Positions 17,328-27,955 of a stretch of DNA of 64,000 nucleotides are shown here, piece by piece. The number at the start of each line of letters is the position of its first letter. Within the stretch, counting starts at the first letter, position 1. Both the position numbers and the translations under genes were made by a program. The notes under the pieces were generated by a model that ran no database searches, was not told the DNA's origin, and was given only the letters and a program-made list of their open reading frames with translations. Where the stretch lies: NCBI GenBank assembly GCA_965242725.1, contig CBDESZ010000012.1:65247-129246 (forward strand), in the 5' to 3' direction. Source of the stretch: Alkalispirochaeta sp. Lineage in GTDB: Bacteria; Spirochaetota; Spirochaetia; DSM-27196; Alkalispirochaetaceae.

Positions 17328-18209
17328 TCACATTTTTGAAGCGTGTTTCATGACGAGATATCCATACAGCCGTCGGGGAGTCATTCGGCCGATCAGGACG
17401 ATGAGCCGGTTGGTCCAACCGGGAATGTATACGGGATTGCTCGTGCCGCGTCGGCGCGCGAGGTGGCGGAGAGATCGGCGGACAACCTCCTCCGCTGCCA
17501 TCCATCGGACGATACCGCGATTACGACGTGCCTCCGCAGTCCATCCGAGTCGATCATGAAACTCTGTGTGGGTGAATCCCGGACAGAGAGCCTGTATGTG
17601 CACACCCTTCTGGGACATTTCCGGCTGAAGGGCCAGGGCAAGCTCCACGAGAAACCGCTTGGATGCGGTGTACATCGCCTGTTCCGGAGCGGGAAGAAAC
17701 GCCGCAATCGACGAGACGAGAATAATCGACGGCGGCAACGGAGCGAAACCGAGTTTCGCTTCCGATCGGGGATCCTCACTACGGGACGCGCCGGATACGA
17801 TCCGGGGAAATGCGGCGGAAATGAACTCAACAGCCGATTGCATGTGCACGTCTCCCATACCGACAACGTCGTCGGTAGAACTTTCCAGGAAGGAAGCAGG
17901 TAAGCCGTAACCGGCGTTGTGGATGAGTATTTCCAGATCGTCCCGCCCTGACAATTTATTTCTCAACGCCTCACGGACGTTCCGTTCGCGCAAGTCTCCG
18001 ATGACCGTTTCCACGTGCGGCCTCTCCGGAATGTCGTCACTTCCCCGAGCCGCGGCGATGAGTGCCGAAGTGTCTCCGGCGAGGTCCGCCAACGTATCAC
18101 GCCGCCTCCCCGAGATAATTAAACGGTACCCGAGACGGGCCAGGGCGATCGCGTAAGCCTTCCCGAGTCCGCTGGTCGCACCGGTTATACACGCTGAGGC
18201 GCTTCTCAC
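17328..18209 (-). CDS. Short-chain dehydrogenase/reductase
   Basis: TGATSGLG, HNAG, YTASK and LCPGFTHTEF motifs. Confidence 0.92.
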   Translation of the reverse strand: MRSASACITGATSGLGKAYAIALARLGYRLIISGRRRDTLADLAGDTSALIAAARGSDDIPERPHVETVIGDLRERNVREALRNKLSGRDDLEILIHNAGYGLPASFLESSTDDVVGMGDVHMQSAVEFISAAFPRIVSGASRSEDPRSEAKLGFAPLPPSIILVSSIAAFLPAPEQAMYTASKRFLVELALALQPEMSQKGVHIQALCPGFTHTEFHDRLGWTAEARRNRGIVRWMAAEEVVRRSLRHLARRRGTSNPVYIPGWTNRLIVLIGRMTPRRLYGYLVMKHASKM

Positions 18210-19180
18210 GAGGTGATCTCCACGCAGTCACGTCCTTTCGCTTTTGCCCGGTAGAGAGCACTATCGGCGGCGGATATCAGATGTTTGGCGGTCGCGCCGT
18301 GGTCCGGCCAGACTGCGATTCCCTGACTGGTCGTAATAGGTGCAATTACGGCGCCGTCCGGGGCGGAAAACGGCCGGGACGCAAGGGCCGAACGGAGTTT
18401 TGCGCAAAGCCGTCTCGCCTTTGCCGCGGATGTCCGGGGTAAGACGATGATGAATTCATCACCGCCGTACCGCACCAGGATGTCCCCATCCCTGAATGTT
18501 TCGCGCATGATGTTGGATACGTGAACGATGATTTTGTCACCCACATGTGGTCCGTATTGTCCGTTCAGGGCGGTGAAGTTATCCAGATCCAGCATAATAA
18601 CGGTGAGAGGTGCGTCGGTGGTACGCAGGGGATTCACTTTTTCCGTAAGAATTTCATCAAGATATCTGCGGTTGTACATACCGGTAAGCTCATCGGTAAA
18701 GGCGCGGCTTCGCGCGGTTTCGCCCCATTCAACCATCTCCGAGAGTAGCGCGCCGGTATTTTCCAATCGTCCCACTATTTTTTCAAGGATTGCCTGCATG
18801 ATCGCGATGGCGGCGCGGGGCCGAATGTGGATGAGTGTGTGAAAATCGGACTCGTGAAGTTGCAGGACCTCCGCATCTTCGATGGCACGACACGTCGCGG
18901 AACGAGGCGCGTGTTCAAAGACGGACATTTCACCGAGAAAGTCTCCCGGCCCGAGTGTCGCAACGGTCAATTCGCCTCCCCCTTCCGTGGAGATAATGAC
19001 GCCGATCGTCCCTGTTCTGACGACGTACAATGAGTCACCGGCGTCACCCTGGGCAAACAGGGTTGCTCCTTTCTCCAAATTGCGAGGCGTAAGGAGTCGC
19101 GCCGCGTATCGTCTCTCGTCCAGCGACAGCGACGAGAATATGGAAACCTCCTCGAGAAATGGGGCCAGTGTATCTATCAC
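18206..19180 (-). CDS. cNMP-binding diguanylate cyclase, intact
   Basis: cNMP pocket GEMS...PRSA, RYGGDEF active site and RDGD I-site. Confidence 0.92.
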   Translation of the reverse strand: MIDTLAPFLEEVSIFSSLSLDERRYAARLLTPRNLEKGATLFAQGDAGDSLYVVRTGTIGVIISTEGGGELTVATLGPGDFLGEMSVFEHAPRSATCRAIEDAEVLQLHESDFHTLIHIRPRAAIAIMQAILEKIVGRLENTGALLSEMVEWGETARSRAFTDELTGMYNRRYLDEILTEKVNPLRTTDAPLTVIMLDLDNFTALNGQYGPHVGDKIIVHVSNIMRETFRDGDILVRYGGDEFIIVLPRTSAAKARRLCAKLRSALASRPFSAPDGAVIAPITTSQGIAVWPDHGATAKHLISAADSALYRAKAKGRDCVEITS

Positions 19181-20241
19181 GATTGAGAACTCCCGTCGTA
19201 GAGAGCATCGCCGGGTCCTTCGCGAGCCTCCGTGATCCGATGTACGGCAATATCAAAAAGGTGTGCCCCGGGACTCTCACCGGTCCGTATGGTCTTGCGC
19301 CGGTCATGGCGGCGAGGAATGCCCTCATCAGCTGTGGAACGACCTCCCCTCTCTAAATCCTCCGGCGCGGCGGCAATGGCAATACTGACGGTGATCCGTA
19401 GTGACCGATCCTCGGTCAGCGGGAATAGGTCGATTTTTCTGATCCGGGATTGCAGTTTCCTGGCAAGTTTCCTTGCCTTTTCCCGGCCGAGCCCCGGTAG
19501 CAGGGCGACGAGTTCGTTTCCTCGAGTGCGCACAGGTATGCCGATTGATTGGATGTCCTCCCGAAATACGTGTGCGACCAGCTGCAATACCGCGTCACCG
19601 ACGCCGTGGCCGTATCGATCATTCAAATCCTTAAACCGGTCGGGTTTACAGACAAGTACCGCCGACCGTTTTTTTTCAGCGGCGGCAAAGGAACCGAGGG
19701 CGTCTTTCAGGTAGGTGGAATTGTATAAACCGGTCAGTTTATCGGTATAGACTTGTCGGCGTATTTCCGTGACGAGGGAGCTCTTCTTCCCGAGGAGTTC
19801 ATTGGCGGTGCGAATCCGCCCGGCCACGTAGGCGATAAGCTTGGAAAGAATACCGGCAAACTGTTCGGGGTTTTCGTGGACGAGAGAGGCAAAGGTTGTC
19901 GATCGATTCGGGATGGTGAGAAGGGTGCCCGCCGTCGCGGCAACGGCTTCGGCGGAGCGGGTCGACCTCCGAAGAACGTCCATTTCGCCGAACGGTTCTC
20001 CCGGAACATACCGGGCGACATCCCGACTGCGGTGCTTGTCCTGGCGCTGGCGTATGACAACTTCGCCGGAGGCAACGAAGAGAAAGACCTCTGCGGGATC
20101 TCCCTCCTGAAATATCGTTTGACCTTCCTCGATCGATTCAATTGCGGAGTTCGCAGCCAAAAGGGCAATTTCAGCTTCGCTCAGATTTTGAAAAATCGGA
20201 CATGCACCGATCAACGTATGAAGCGGGTTATTCTGATCCAT
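19177..20241 (-). CDS. cNMP-binding protein with a degenerate GGDEF domain
   Basis: GEMD...TRSA pocket; DKLTGLYN and NDRYGHGVGD present, but the active site reads RGNEL. Confidence 0.88.
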   Translation of the reverse strand: MDQNNPLHTLIGACPIFQNLSEAEIALLAANSAIESIEEGQTIFQEGDPAEVFLFVASGEVVIRQRQDKHRSRDVARYVPGEPFGEMDVLRRSTRSAEAVAATAGTLLTIPNRSTTFASLVHENPEQFAGILSKLIAYVAGRIRTANELLGKKSSLVTEIRRQVYTDKLTGLYNSTYLKDALGSFAAAEKKRSAVLVCKPDRFKDLNDRYGHGVGDAVLQLVAHVFREDIQSIGIPVRTRGNELVALLPGLGREKARKLARKLQSRIRKIDLFPLTEDRSLRITVSIAIAAAPEDLERGGRSTADEGIPRRHDRRKTIRTGESPGAHLFDIAVHRITEAREGPGDALYDGSSQS

Positions 20242-20489
20242 ATTTCGTGCCGATACCCTCTCCCATTGTAGCTGAATGAGAGCGGTTGTACACCCTAAAC
20301 ATGAATCGGTTCACCCTAATCTTTACGGGCAATGGGCGATACTCTAAGAACGAATACGGAAACGTCTGCAGGCATTTCTACCGGGCGCTCCATCGTCGTA
20401 AGAGGACCACCCGGAACGAAACACAGCCGCACAACAGCACAATCCGGAAGCCGAGGACAACTATCTGTATACCGCCGTTCTCTCATGGA

Positions 20490-23400
20490 TCATTGATGCT
20501 CGTAGGCGCCGATGTCAACCTCTGTCCCAACCACCCTCGGATTGCCTGCGAGATCGACAGGAGTTCGTTCGTCGGTATTTCCGTCACCGTCGAGATCTGC
20601 GAAATCGTCGATCACGAGCAAGGTATATCCGGCGTCGATTGCCGGAGACATGCTTTGCGGCGTGAGATCACCGTAGTCGTCGTCGGCGGTACCCCAGGTG
20701 CCGTCGGCACCGGCGTTCGGGACGATGGCAACTTGGGGATCAGCGACCACATTACCTGAAAGCGCAACCGCTCCCGACAGCTCCGATGCGGAGATCGAAT
20801 AGTTGATCGCATTGGCGGTTGCATCGTCACCCTTTGCGAAGAGGCTATTACTTATCCCATTGCTGGAGGAGATAATATAAAGTTCGGTGCCGGTGGTCTG
20901 ATCATTGTCTGAAAGGGATACACCGGCAATGAGAACCTGTCCCATCCCCGAGCTGGCTCCGACGGCACCGCCCGAGGAGGTGACGCTCCGATTTCCTACA
21001 AATACGCTTTCACCTACCACGAGGGTCCCCGCCTCTCCCTGGATTGCGCCTCCTTCATCCTCGGCAACGTTGCCGTAGAGCCGGGAATTGACCACTTGAA
21101 CCGTGGCGTTTGTGTTGCCGATATGGATCGCTCCTCCCTGATCGGCCGCAACGTTGCGTTGGAAGAGAGATTCGGCGATGACAAGGGTACCATCCACATC
21201 GATTGCACCGCCGTCGGCGGTCTGGTCGGTACCGTCGGCACGATTGGCGATAAATTCGGCTCCGGAAATTGCGCCGGTGGTGCCGTTCTGCATATGTATC
21301 GCACCTCCGCCGTACACCCCCGCATACGTTCCCGTGGTCACCCGACCGGCAACATTTTCACGGAAGAGCGTGGGCGTACCGTCGGCGGCAGCCGTGATGT
21401 CGATTCGACCTCCATTCACAACGACGATCGCGCCGCCCCAGGTGTCGCTTGCGTTGTTTTCAAAGGCACCGCCGAGGACGATAAGGTTTCCGCCGCTTAC
21501 CTGAACGGCACCGCCGCCACGGCCGTACGTTCCGGTGGATGTGAGCGTCTCGTTCTGGGTAAACGTCACCTTCTCAATAGTGACCTCGGCTCCATCACTC
21601 ACATAGAGGGCGCCGCCGGGACGCGGCTCGCTCCCCTGACGCCCCTGACCGTTATGAAGCGTGAGATTGCGCAGGGTAAACCGTACGTCGGGTTCTACGG
21701 TGAAGTGGCGTCCCGCGTCGCTGGCGTCAAGGACGATCGTATGTTCCTCACCGTCGATTGTCAGTTCCTTTTCTATTGAGAACCACGTGGGCGCATCCGG
21801 CAGCGTCGCCGGTGCGGATATCGTCATGTTTGACGCAAAGATAATCCGCTCACCCGGTGCGGCGGCGGCAATAGCCTCGGCGAGGCTGCCGGGACCGTCT
21901 GCACCGGAGCTGGTGACCTCAGTCGTTCCGTCCGAGAAAGTAACCTCGACAATCGTACTACTGCGAAAGCCCGGTGCTACAACGATGGCACGGAACCTGT
22001 GTTCGGTGAATGCGGCGATCGGTATCGGCCCGGTATAAGGCGTCTTCGATGCGTCCGGATCGGTACCGTCCTCAGTATAGTATATCGAACCGCCGTCGGG
22101 GCTGGTAATGACAAGATTGAACGGCTGGTCGTAGACACCGCCGGGAACGCTGAAGACCGGTGGTGCGGCGACCAGCGCCGTGCTTTCATAGGCGCCTATA
22201 TCGACTGCACTGCCGAAAATGCGATCATTACCGGCGGCGTCCAACGGCACCGACTCATCACGGTCGCCGTCACCGTCGATGTCGAGTATATCCGACGGAT
22301 AGACGCCGATATCGCCCGCACCGATCGCCGGCGATGCATCCTGCAATGAGAGATCGCCGGTGTCGTCGGCGGTACCCCAGATGCCGTCGCTACCCTCCGT
22401 CGGCACGGCGACGACGAGGGGGTCGGCGGCGATGTTGCCGGTACCGCGGGAGGTGTAGTCGGTGCTGCTTACGACGTTATTGAGCGTAACCGTGCCGTCC
22501 GGCTCGTCGCCTATGAGCACCGTGTTTGAGAGTGGGATCGTTGAAGAGGACATTTCGATTTCCGCTACTCCCGCGTTTACGCCGTTCCGGGCAAAGGTAT
22601 TGCCGGTGACGAGCGCCTGCCCGCCGACACGAATCGCCTCGCCGGAGTCCGTTGCGCTGTTTCCGATAAATACGGAGGAGACGACGGCGTGCTCACGCGG
22701 GTAGGAGAAGCTTTCCGGAAGATCGATCGCCCCGCCGCCCGCGGATGCGGCGTTACCGATAAACCTGCTTGCGTAGACGCGCAATGTGGCGATGTCGCTT
22801 CCCTGGACGGCACCCCCGGAAGAGGCCGCGTCGTTTCGGTTAAACGTCGTCGAGATGATGTCGACAACTCCCGTGAATCGAATCGCGCCGCCCGGACCGA
22901 TATTCGACCCGTTCCGTTCAAAGAGGGAGCCGCGGATCACCGTAAAGCCTGAGTTGCTGTAAACGGCACCGCCGCCTGGAGAGACGCCCCCTACCGCAGG
23001 GGGCCCGGTGCGGTTGTCGCGAAACGTAGAGTTAACAATTTCAAGGCGACCGAGTCCGAAGGAGGTAAAAATCGCTCCCCCGCTTACGGGACTTGAATTT
23101 TGGGTAAAGGTGCCGTTTGTAACGTTGACCCATGGCGCATTCACCGCACCACCACTTCCCCGCTCTCCCACAGCCTCATTGGAGTCAAATACCACTGACT
23201 CGAGTACAACGCCAGTCCGGGTACCCTCCGCCCAAATAGCGCCTCCATCACTTCCCCGACCGTTACGGAGTGTCATGTTTCGAAGGGTGAGTGTGGGACT
23301 GTCGTTGCCGAGGTCGGGTACACGGAAATGTCGGCCAAAGGTACCCGCATCGAGGACAACCGTGTTTTCGCCGCCGTCGATGGTGAGATCATGGTCAATG

Positions 23401-25082
23401 GTGAACCAGCTCTCTCCGATGGTGTCGTCCGCCGTGATCGTGAAATCTCCGTCAAAAGCGATGGTATCCTCCGGCTGCGAGCGCTCAATAAACCAACTGA
23501 GACTACCTATACCGCTGAGGGCGTCCGTTTCAACCGCGGTGGGAAGAACGAGAGTGAACATCGCCTCGGCCGGCACGCTGTTAGCGCGCAGCGGAACGGT
23601 GGCGATCGCTCGGACCGTCGTCGTTCCCGCCGTGGTAATCACAAAGGGTGCCGTGTACTCCGTAGAAAGTACCGTCGGGTTCGTGCCGTCAAGGGTGTAG
23701 TAGATCACGGCGTTCTGCTCGGCCGACGAGAGAGTCACGGTGACGCTGTCCGTCTGGAACGTTCCGCCGTCGGGGGTAATCGTCGGAGCGGGCATTTGCG
23801 TACCCATCACCACCTCGTCTTGGTATTCAAAGGGTCCCATATCGATCTGATCGCCGAAGAGACGGGGATTTCCCGCCGCATCGAGGGGGAACGGCTCTGA
23901 GGTGTCGCCGTCACCGTCGAGGTCCGCAAGGTCCAGCGGAAGCAGGCCCGCGTCGCCGGTGTTGATCGCGGGGGAAGTCTCCTGCAGGCCGAAGTCGCCG
24001 AAAGTCGCATCGGAATCGTCCCAGCTGCCGTCGCTTCCAACTGAGGGCATCTCGACGAGGTCCACCGGAGAAAAGAGGTTGCCGTCGCCGGGCAGCGCGG
24101 TGCCGCCGGCACCGTCGGGATCACGAATTGTGTTGGATGCGACGGCGACCGTCGACAACCAGTCGTCGCGAATCAGGATGGAGTTGGATATGGAGTCCGC
24201 GGCGGAGGCGAGTTCAATGATCGCCGCCGTGCCGCTGCCGTTTCGGGCGAAGGCGCTGTTGGCTATCGTCATCGTCCCGCCGCCGCTCACGACGATGTGG
24301 TCGGAACTTTCGCCGTCGGCATTACCCACCATGATCGTTCCAGCGATAATCGTGGTCCCGGATGACCCGGCGGTGGAAATCACCGCTGCATCCGCGTCAG
24401 CGTTGTTGCGGTAGAAGCGGCTGTTGTAGAGGGCAAGCGTCCCGGTGCCGCTCCACGCGACGGCGCCGCCGGCGTCGAATGCGTAGTTACTTTCAAAGCG
24501 GGAATCGACAAGGATCGCATCTCCGGCGCCGCCGACGGCGCCGCCGAAACTGCCGGTGTTGCCGACAAAGGCGACGCTCTCGGTACGGAGATTGCTGTCT
24601 GCGTCGATAAGAATGGAGCCGCCGTTCTCGGTTGTCGTCCCTTCCCCGACACGTCCGTCGACGAGGGTGATGTTACGGACGGTGAGGGTCGCACCGTTTG
24701 TAACGTGAAAGTGACGTCCCCGCCGGCCGGCGTTGAGGGTGATTCCGTGCTCACCGCCGTCGATCGTGATCGATCGGTCGATGGGAAACCACGTCGGCGT
24801 GGTGGTCAGCGGGTCCGGTGAGAGAATCGTATAGTCGCCGTCAAAGACGATGGTGGAACCGTCGGGAATGGAATCGTCGGCAAGCAGTTCCGAGAGGCTG
24901 CCCGGGCCCGTCGGTTCGGCAGTAGTTACCGTAAAGGTGTTGGTGACGGGGGCGGGACCGCCTCCATCCTCGCTGTCGCTTCCGCCTCCGCCACCGCCGG
25001 CACTGAAGGGATTGGGACATCCGGAAAGCACAACCACCAGCGTGGCGATGAAAGCCTGCAAAAATAACCTTCTCCGTCGCAT
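20490..25082 (-). CDS. Large surface lipoprotein with three Pmp-like (GGAI / FxxN) beta-helix modules joined by Fn3-associated domains
   Basis: AGGAGG SD and lipobox VLSGC; repeated GGA(I/V); each module ends DxDGDG...D(I/M)G(A/P)(Y/F)E; linkers IYYTLDGTNP and IYYTEDGTDP. Confidence 0.88.
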   Translation of the reverse strand: MRRRRLFLQAFIATLVVVLSGCPNPFSAGGGGGGSDSEDGGGPAPVTNTFTVTTAEPTGPGSLSELLADDSIPDGSTIVFDGDYTILSPDPLTTTPTWFPIDRSITIDGGEHGITLNAGRRGRHFHVTNGATLTVRNITLVDGRVGEGTTTENGGSILIDADSNLRTESVAFVGNTGSFGGAVGGAGDAILVDSRFESNYAFDAGGAVAWSGTGTLALYNSRFYRNNADADAAVISTAGSSGTTIIAGTIMVGNADGESSDHIVVSGGGTMTIANSAFARNGSGTAAIIELASAADSISNSILIRDDWLSTVAVASNTIRDPDGAGGTALPGDGNLFSPVDLVEMPSVGSDGSWDDSDATFGDFGLQETSPAINTGDAGLLPLDLADLDGDGDTSEPFPLDAAGNPRLFGDQIDMGPFEYQDEVVMGTQMPAPTITPDGGTFQTDSVTVTLSSAEQNAVIYYTLDGTNPTVLSTEYTAPFVITTAGTTTVRAIATVPLRANSVPAEAMFTLVLPTAVETDALSGIGSLSWFIERSQPEDTIAFDGDFTITADDTIGESWFTIDHDLTIDGGENTVVLDAGTFGRHFRVPDLGNDSPTLTLRNMTLRNGRGSDGGAIWAEGTRTGVVLESVVFDSNEAVGERGSGGAVNAPWVNVTNGTFTQNSSPVSGGAIFTSFGLGRLEIVNSTFRDNRTGPPAVGGVSPGGGAVYSNSGFTVIRGSLFERNGSNIGPGGAIRFTGVVDIISTTFNRNDAASSGGAVQGSDIATLRVYASRFIGNAASAGGGAIDLPESFSYPREHAVVSSVFIGNSATDSGEAIRVGGQALVTGNTFARNGVNAGVAEIEMSSSTIPLSNTVLIGDEPDGTVTLNNVVSSTDYTSRGTGNIAADPLVVAVPTEGSDGIWGTADDTGDLSLQDASPAIGAGDIGVYPSDILDIDGDGDRDESVPLDAAGNDRIFGSAVDIGAYESTALVAAPPVFSVPGGVYDQPFNLVITSPDGGSIYYTEDGTDPDASKTPYTGPIPIAAFTEHRFRAIVVAPGFRSSTIVEVTFSDGTTEVTSSGADGPGSLAEAIAAAAPGERIIFASNMTISAPATLPDAPTWFSIEKELTIDGEEHTIVLDASDAGRHFTVEPDVRFTLRNLTLHNGQGRQGSEPRPGGALYVSDGAEVTIEKVTFTQNETLTSTGTYGRGGGAVQVSGGNLIVLGGAFENNASDTWGGAIVVVNGGRIDITAAADGTPTLFRENVAGRVTTGTYAGVYGGGAIHMQNGTTGAISGAEFIANRADGTDQTADGGAIDVDGTLVIAESLFQRNVAADQGGAIHIGNTNATVQVVNSRLYGNVAEDEGGAIQGEAGTLVVGESVFVGNRSVTSSGGAVGASSGMGQVLIAGVSLSDNDQTTGTELYIISSSNGISNSLFAKGDDATANAINYSISASELSGAVALSGNVVADPQVAIVPNAGADGTWGTADDDYGDLTPQSMSPAIDAGYTLLVIDDFADLDGDGNTDERTPVDLAGNPRVVGTEVDIGAYEHQ

Positions 25083-25294
25083 ATGCCTACCTCCTCGTCT
25101 ACCGTTCAAGAGTATAGTCCGCCGTCTATGGGATCGACTGAGATTTTAGAGGTTCATCGGTGTGATTGTTACTAATTTCACCATCCATTCCATTACCACC
25201 GGTTGAGATTTACATCTCAATCGGTCGCGACCTGTCGATATCCAACGTCCCTTCCGTCGTTGCCGGTCTAAATTCCTTTTAATTTCAGTAAAGA

Positions 25295-26914
25295 TTGAAC
25301 CGATACCGGGTGCGAGGTATATTCGACGCTGTCGGCACTATGGCATTGGGTCTAGGTGATAGAGGCTTATCGTTACTATTTCTATCTCTCCTGTTTGCGT
25401 CGATCGGAACGGAGAACATTAACGCACAGTCCGGAGTATTGGATCTCAGAACATACGATTTCGACACACGAGGGCTCGCCGAGCTAAACGGTGACTGGCT
25501 CATTTTCTGGCGACAACTTCGCGATCCGACGGAACTCCAGGATGTTTCACTCACCCATCTGCGCGCTCGATCCGACGGTACCATTACCCTTCCCCACACA
25601 TGGAATACATGGGAATACAAAGGTGAACGGGTCGGCGGCGTGGGATACGCCACCTTTATAGCTGACGTCCTCCTGCCTGCGGATCTCGACCGTCCGTCTC
25701 TGTGGATTCCCAACGCCTCTACGGCGTATACACTCTGGGCCGACGGTAGTCTCATCGCTCAAAGCGGTACACCCGGCGCGAGTCGGGCGGAATCACAGCC
25801 GCACTACGTCATGAATACCGCCGACTTTCTCGTCTCGGAGGGCCGTGCGCGTTTGCTTCTCCATGTCTCCAACTTCCATCACCGACGTGGTGGTATGTGG
25901 AAGTCGATTAAAATCGGCACAACCTCACAGATTGCACTTCTGGACACTCAAGAAACCACCTACGATCTTCTGTTACTGGGAAGCTTTCTCGCCATGGGAC
26001 TCTTCAATTTCTTCCTGTATTTCAGTAAAAAAAATGAAGAGGGCGGTCCCGCCCGGGGCGTTGCGGTGCCCCTGCTCCTAGGGACGGCCTTCTTTTCCCT
26101 GGTAATACGGGTCATGGTAACCGGTCAGATTCTCGTGACACGGCTCATCCCCGCATTTCCCTGGAGCCTGCAGCTGCGTCTGGAATACCTCTCCGCCATG
26201 GTCGTACTCCTCACCTTTGCCTGGATATGCGATCGAACATACCCCGGTGTCGTACCAAGATGGGTGATTTTGTTTATAACCGCATTTGTCGCGGTAAACG
26301 CCGCCATCGCCCTGTTCTTTCCGGTCATCGTATATTCACGAGTCGTGACGAGCTACAATGTAATAAAAAGTATCACCCTCCTGGGGATGACGGTGCGATA
26401 TACGATCTGGGCAACAAGAGGTCACAAGGAGGCGTGGGTCGTAGTGGGAGCGATATTGATTTTCTTTCTCATTACCTTTGGAGAGATGCTCCACTACCGT
26501 GAAGTGATTCTCTCCCGCGATTTTGCCCCGGTCGGCTTTATTGTTACCGCGCTCACAAGTGGACAGGACAATCAGACACTTCTCTATCTCGCATCAACTC
26601 TGGGGACCCTTGGTGCGATGCTCGTCATTTTCAACCTTTTCGTGCTCAAAGTCTCCCTCGTGTTTCTGAAAACCGAGGCCCGTCTTACGCCGCTGGATGC
26701 ATCCCACCTTCATGAGAGTCACGGAATAACCTCCCGGGAGCTAGAAATCCTGCAGCTGGTGGCAATGGGCAAAAGCAATAAGGAGATAGCCGGAGAACTC
26801 TATATCTCCGAGGGAACTGTTAAAAACCATCTTTACCGTATCATGCGTAAACTCGATGTGGGCAATCGCACGGAAATCGCCGTTCGCCTCATGAACTATC
26901 AGTTCTCCGATTAG
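25295..26914 (+). CDS. 7TM-DISM-type membrane sensor fused to a LuxR HTH (start uncertain, possibly 25340)
   Basis: GVLDLR...LNGDW...GYATF...VSNFHHRRGG extracellular domain, ~7 transmembrane helices, and C-terminal TSRELEIL...GKSNKEIA.EL.ISEGTVKNH. Confidence 0.85.
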   Translation: MNRYRVRGIFDAVGTMALGLGDRGLSLLFLSLLFASIGTENINAQSGVLDLRTYDFDTRGLAELNGDWLIFWRQLRDPTELQDVSLTHLRARSDGTITLPHTWNTWEYKGERVGGVGYATFIADVLLPADLDRPSLWIPNASTAYTLWADGSLIAQSGTPGASRAESQPHYVMNTADFLVSEGRARLLLHVSNFHHRRGGMWKSIKIGTTSQIALLDTQETTYDLLLLGSFLAMGLFNFFLYFSKKNEEGGPARGVAVPLLLGTAFFSLVIRVMVTGQILVTRLIPAFPWSLQLRLEYLSAMVVLLTFAWICDRTYPGVVPRWVILFITAFVAVNAAIALFFPVIVYSRVVTSYNVIKSITLLGMTVRYTIWATRGHKEAWVVVGAILIFFLITFGEMLHYREVILSRDFAPVGFIVTALTSGQDNQTLLYLASTLGTLGAMLVIFNLFVLKVSLVFLKTEARLTPLDASHLHESHGITSRELEILQLVAMGKSNKEIAGELYISEGTVKNHLYRIMRKLDVGNRTEIAVRLMNYQFSD

Positions 26915-27044
26915 GTGTGCGATTTCATTAGTCGGGATCGATCTTTTCGCCCTTTCGGTGACCGATATCCTTCAACTCGCCGGTGGTGCCGTTTATTTCC
27001 CCGGTGCCGCCGGCAAACCGTATATTCACAACTGGAATGAGTCT

Positions 27045-27896
27045 ATGACGATGAAACCGGTTCGCGTCCTCCTTTTCGGTTGGACGGTCCTATTGTTGAC
27101 ATCGGGATGTATCACGCCCGCACAACTGCGTCAGGCTGCTACGGAACCGATACATCTCGTGGCGGTACTACAGACCGGCCCTGATGAGCTGTCCGGTCCG
27201 GAGCGACGCCGCCTCATTGATGCGGAGCTTGCTTCGGAAGGTGCCGAATTGACCCCGCTTGTCATTTATCGTGTTCCCGGCAACGACCTGAACTTCCGGG
27301 TCGACCTTGCGTCGTTGGGATCACGGATAGAGGAACTGTACGAATTGTCCTTCCGCGAAGAGCTCGGTGCGCGCCTCGTTCCGGCGGAAGAAACCGCCTC
27401 ACTACCAGGAATTCGTTCCGTCACAACCACAGACCGTTTTAAGTCGTTTGTCGCGGCTCAAAGATCGGGCACATATCTTTTGGTCCGGTTGGCGATCGAA
27501 CCGGACCTTACGTATCCACGGGTCTCGAGTGAAATACGGCTGGAAGACGATCAACCGATTACATTCAAGGCATCGGAAAACGTGCCCCGGATCGTCCGGA
27601 TTTATCTTTCATCCCGACTTGACCTCCGTACACCGGAACATCCTTCCCGCAACATACTGCGGTTCAGATTCAACCGGAAGTACACGCGTACCGGCACTCC
27701 CGGTTACCGAACGGAGATTCTCCGAGCTGCGGAAGCGTTCATTGTATCGGAACCGCCCGGTCCGGTGGTCGTGTTTGTAAATGGAGGCAGTTACCTCACC
27801 ACCGTGCAACAGGATGCTGTAGCCCAAGATCTCATGGCGGCAGCAACCCTTCTCGGAAGTACCGCCGCCCAGCGGTTTACCCATAGGGTAGATTAA
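27045..27896 (+). CDS. Putative lipoprotein (start approximate)
   Basis: Lipobox LTSGC following MTMKPVR. Confidence 0.6.
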   Translation: MTMKPVRVLLFGWTVLLLTSGCITPAQLRQAATEPIHLVAVLQTGPDELSGPERRRLIDAELASEGAELTPLVIYRVPGNDLNFRVDLASLGSRIEELYELSFREELGARLVPAEETASLPGIRSVTTTDRFKSFVAAQRSGTYLLVRLAIEPDLTYPRVSSEIRLEDDQPITFKASENVPRIVRIYLSSRLDLRTPEHPSRNILRFRFNRKYTRTGTPGYRTEILRAAEAFIVSEPPGPVVVFVNGGSYLTTVQQDAVAQDLMAAATLLGSTAAQRFTHRVD

Positions 27897-27955
27897 GTTT
27901 ACCTCTCTCTCGGAACCCGGGTACGTCAAAAAGGGTGAAAGCGACGATCCCCGAT

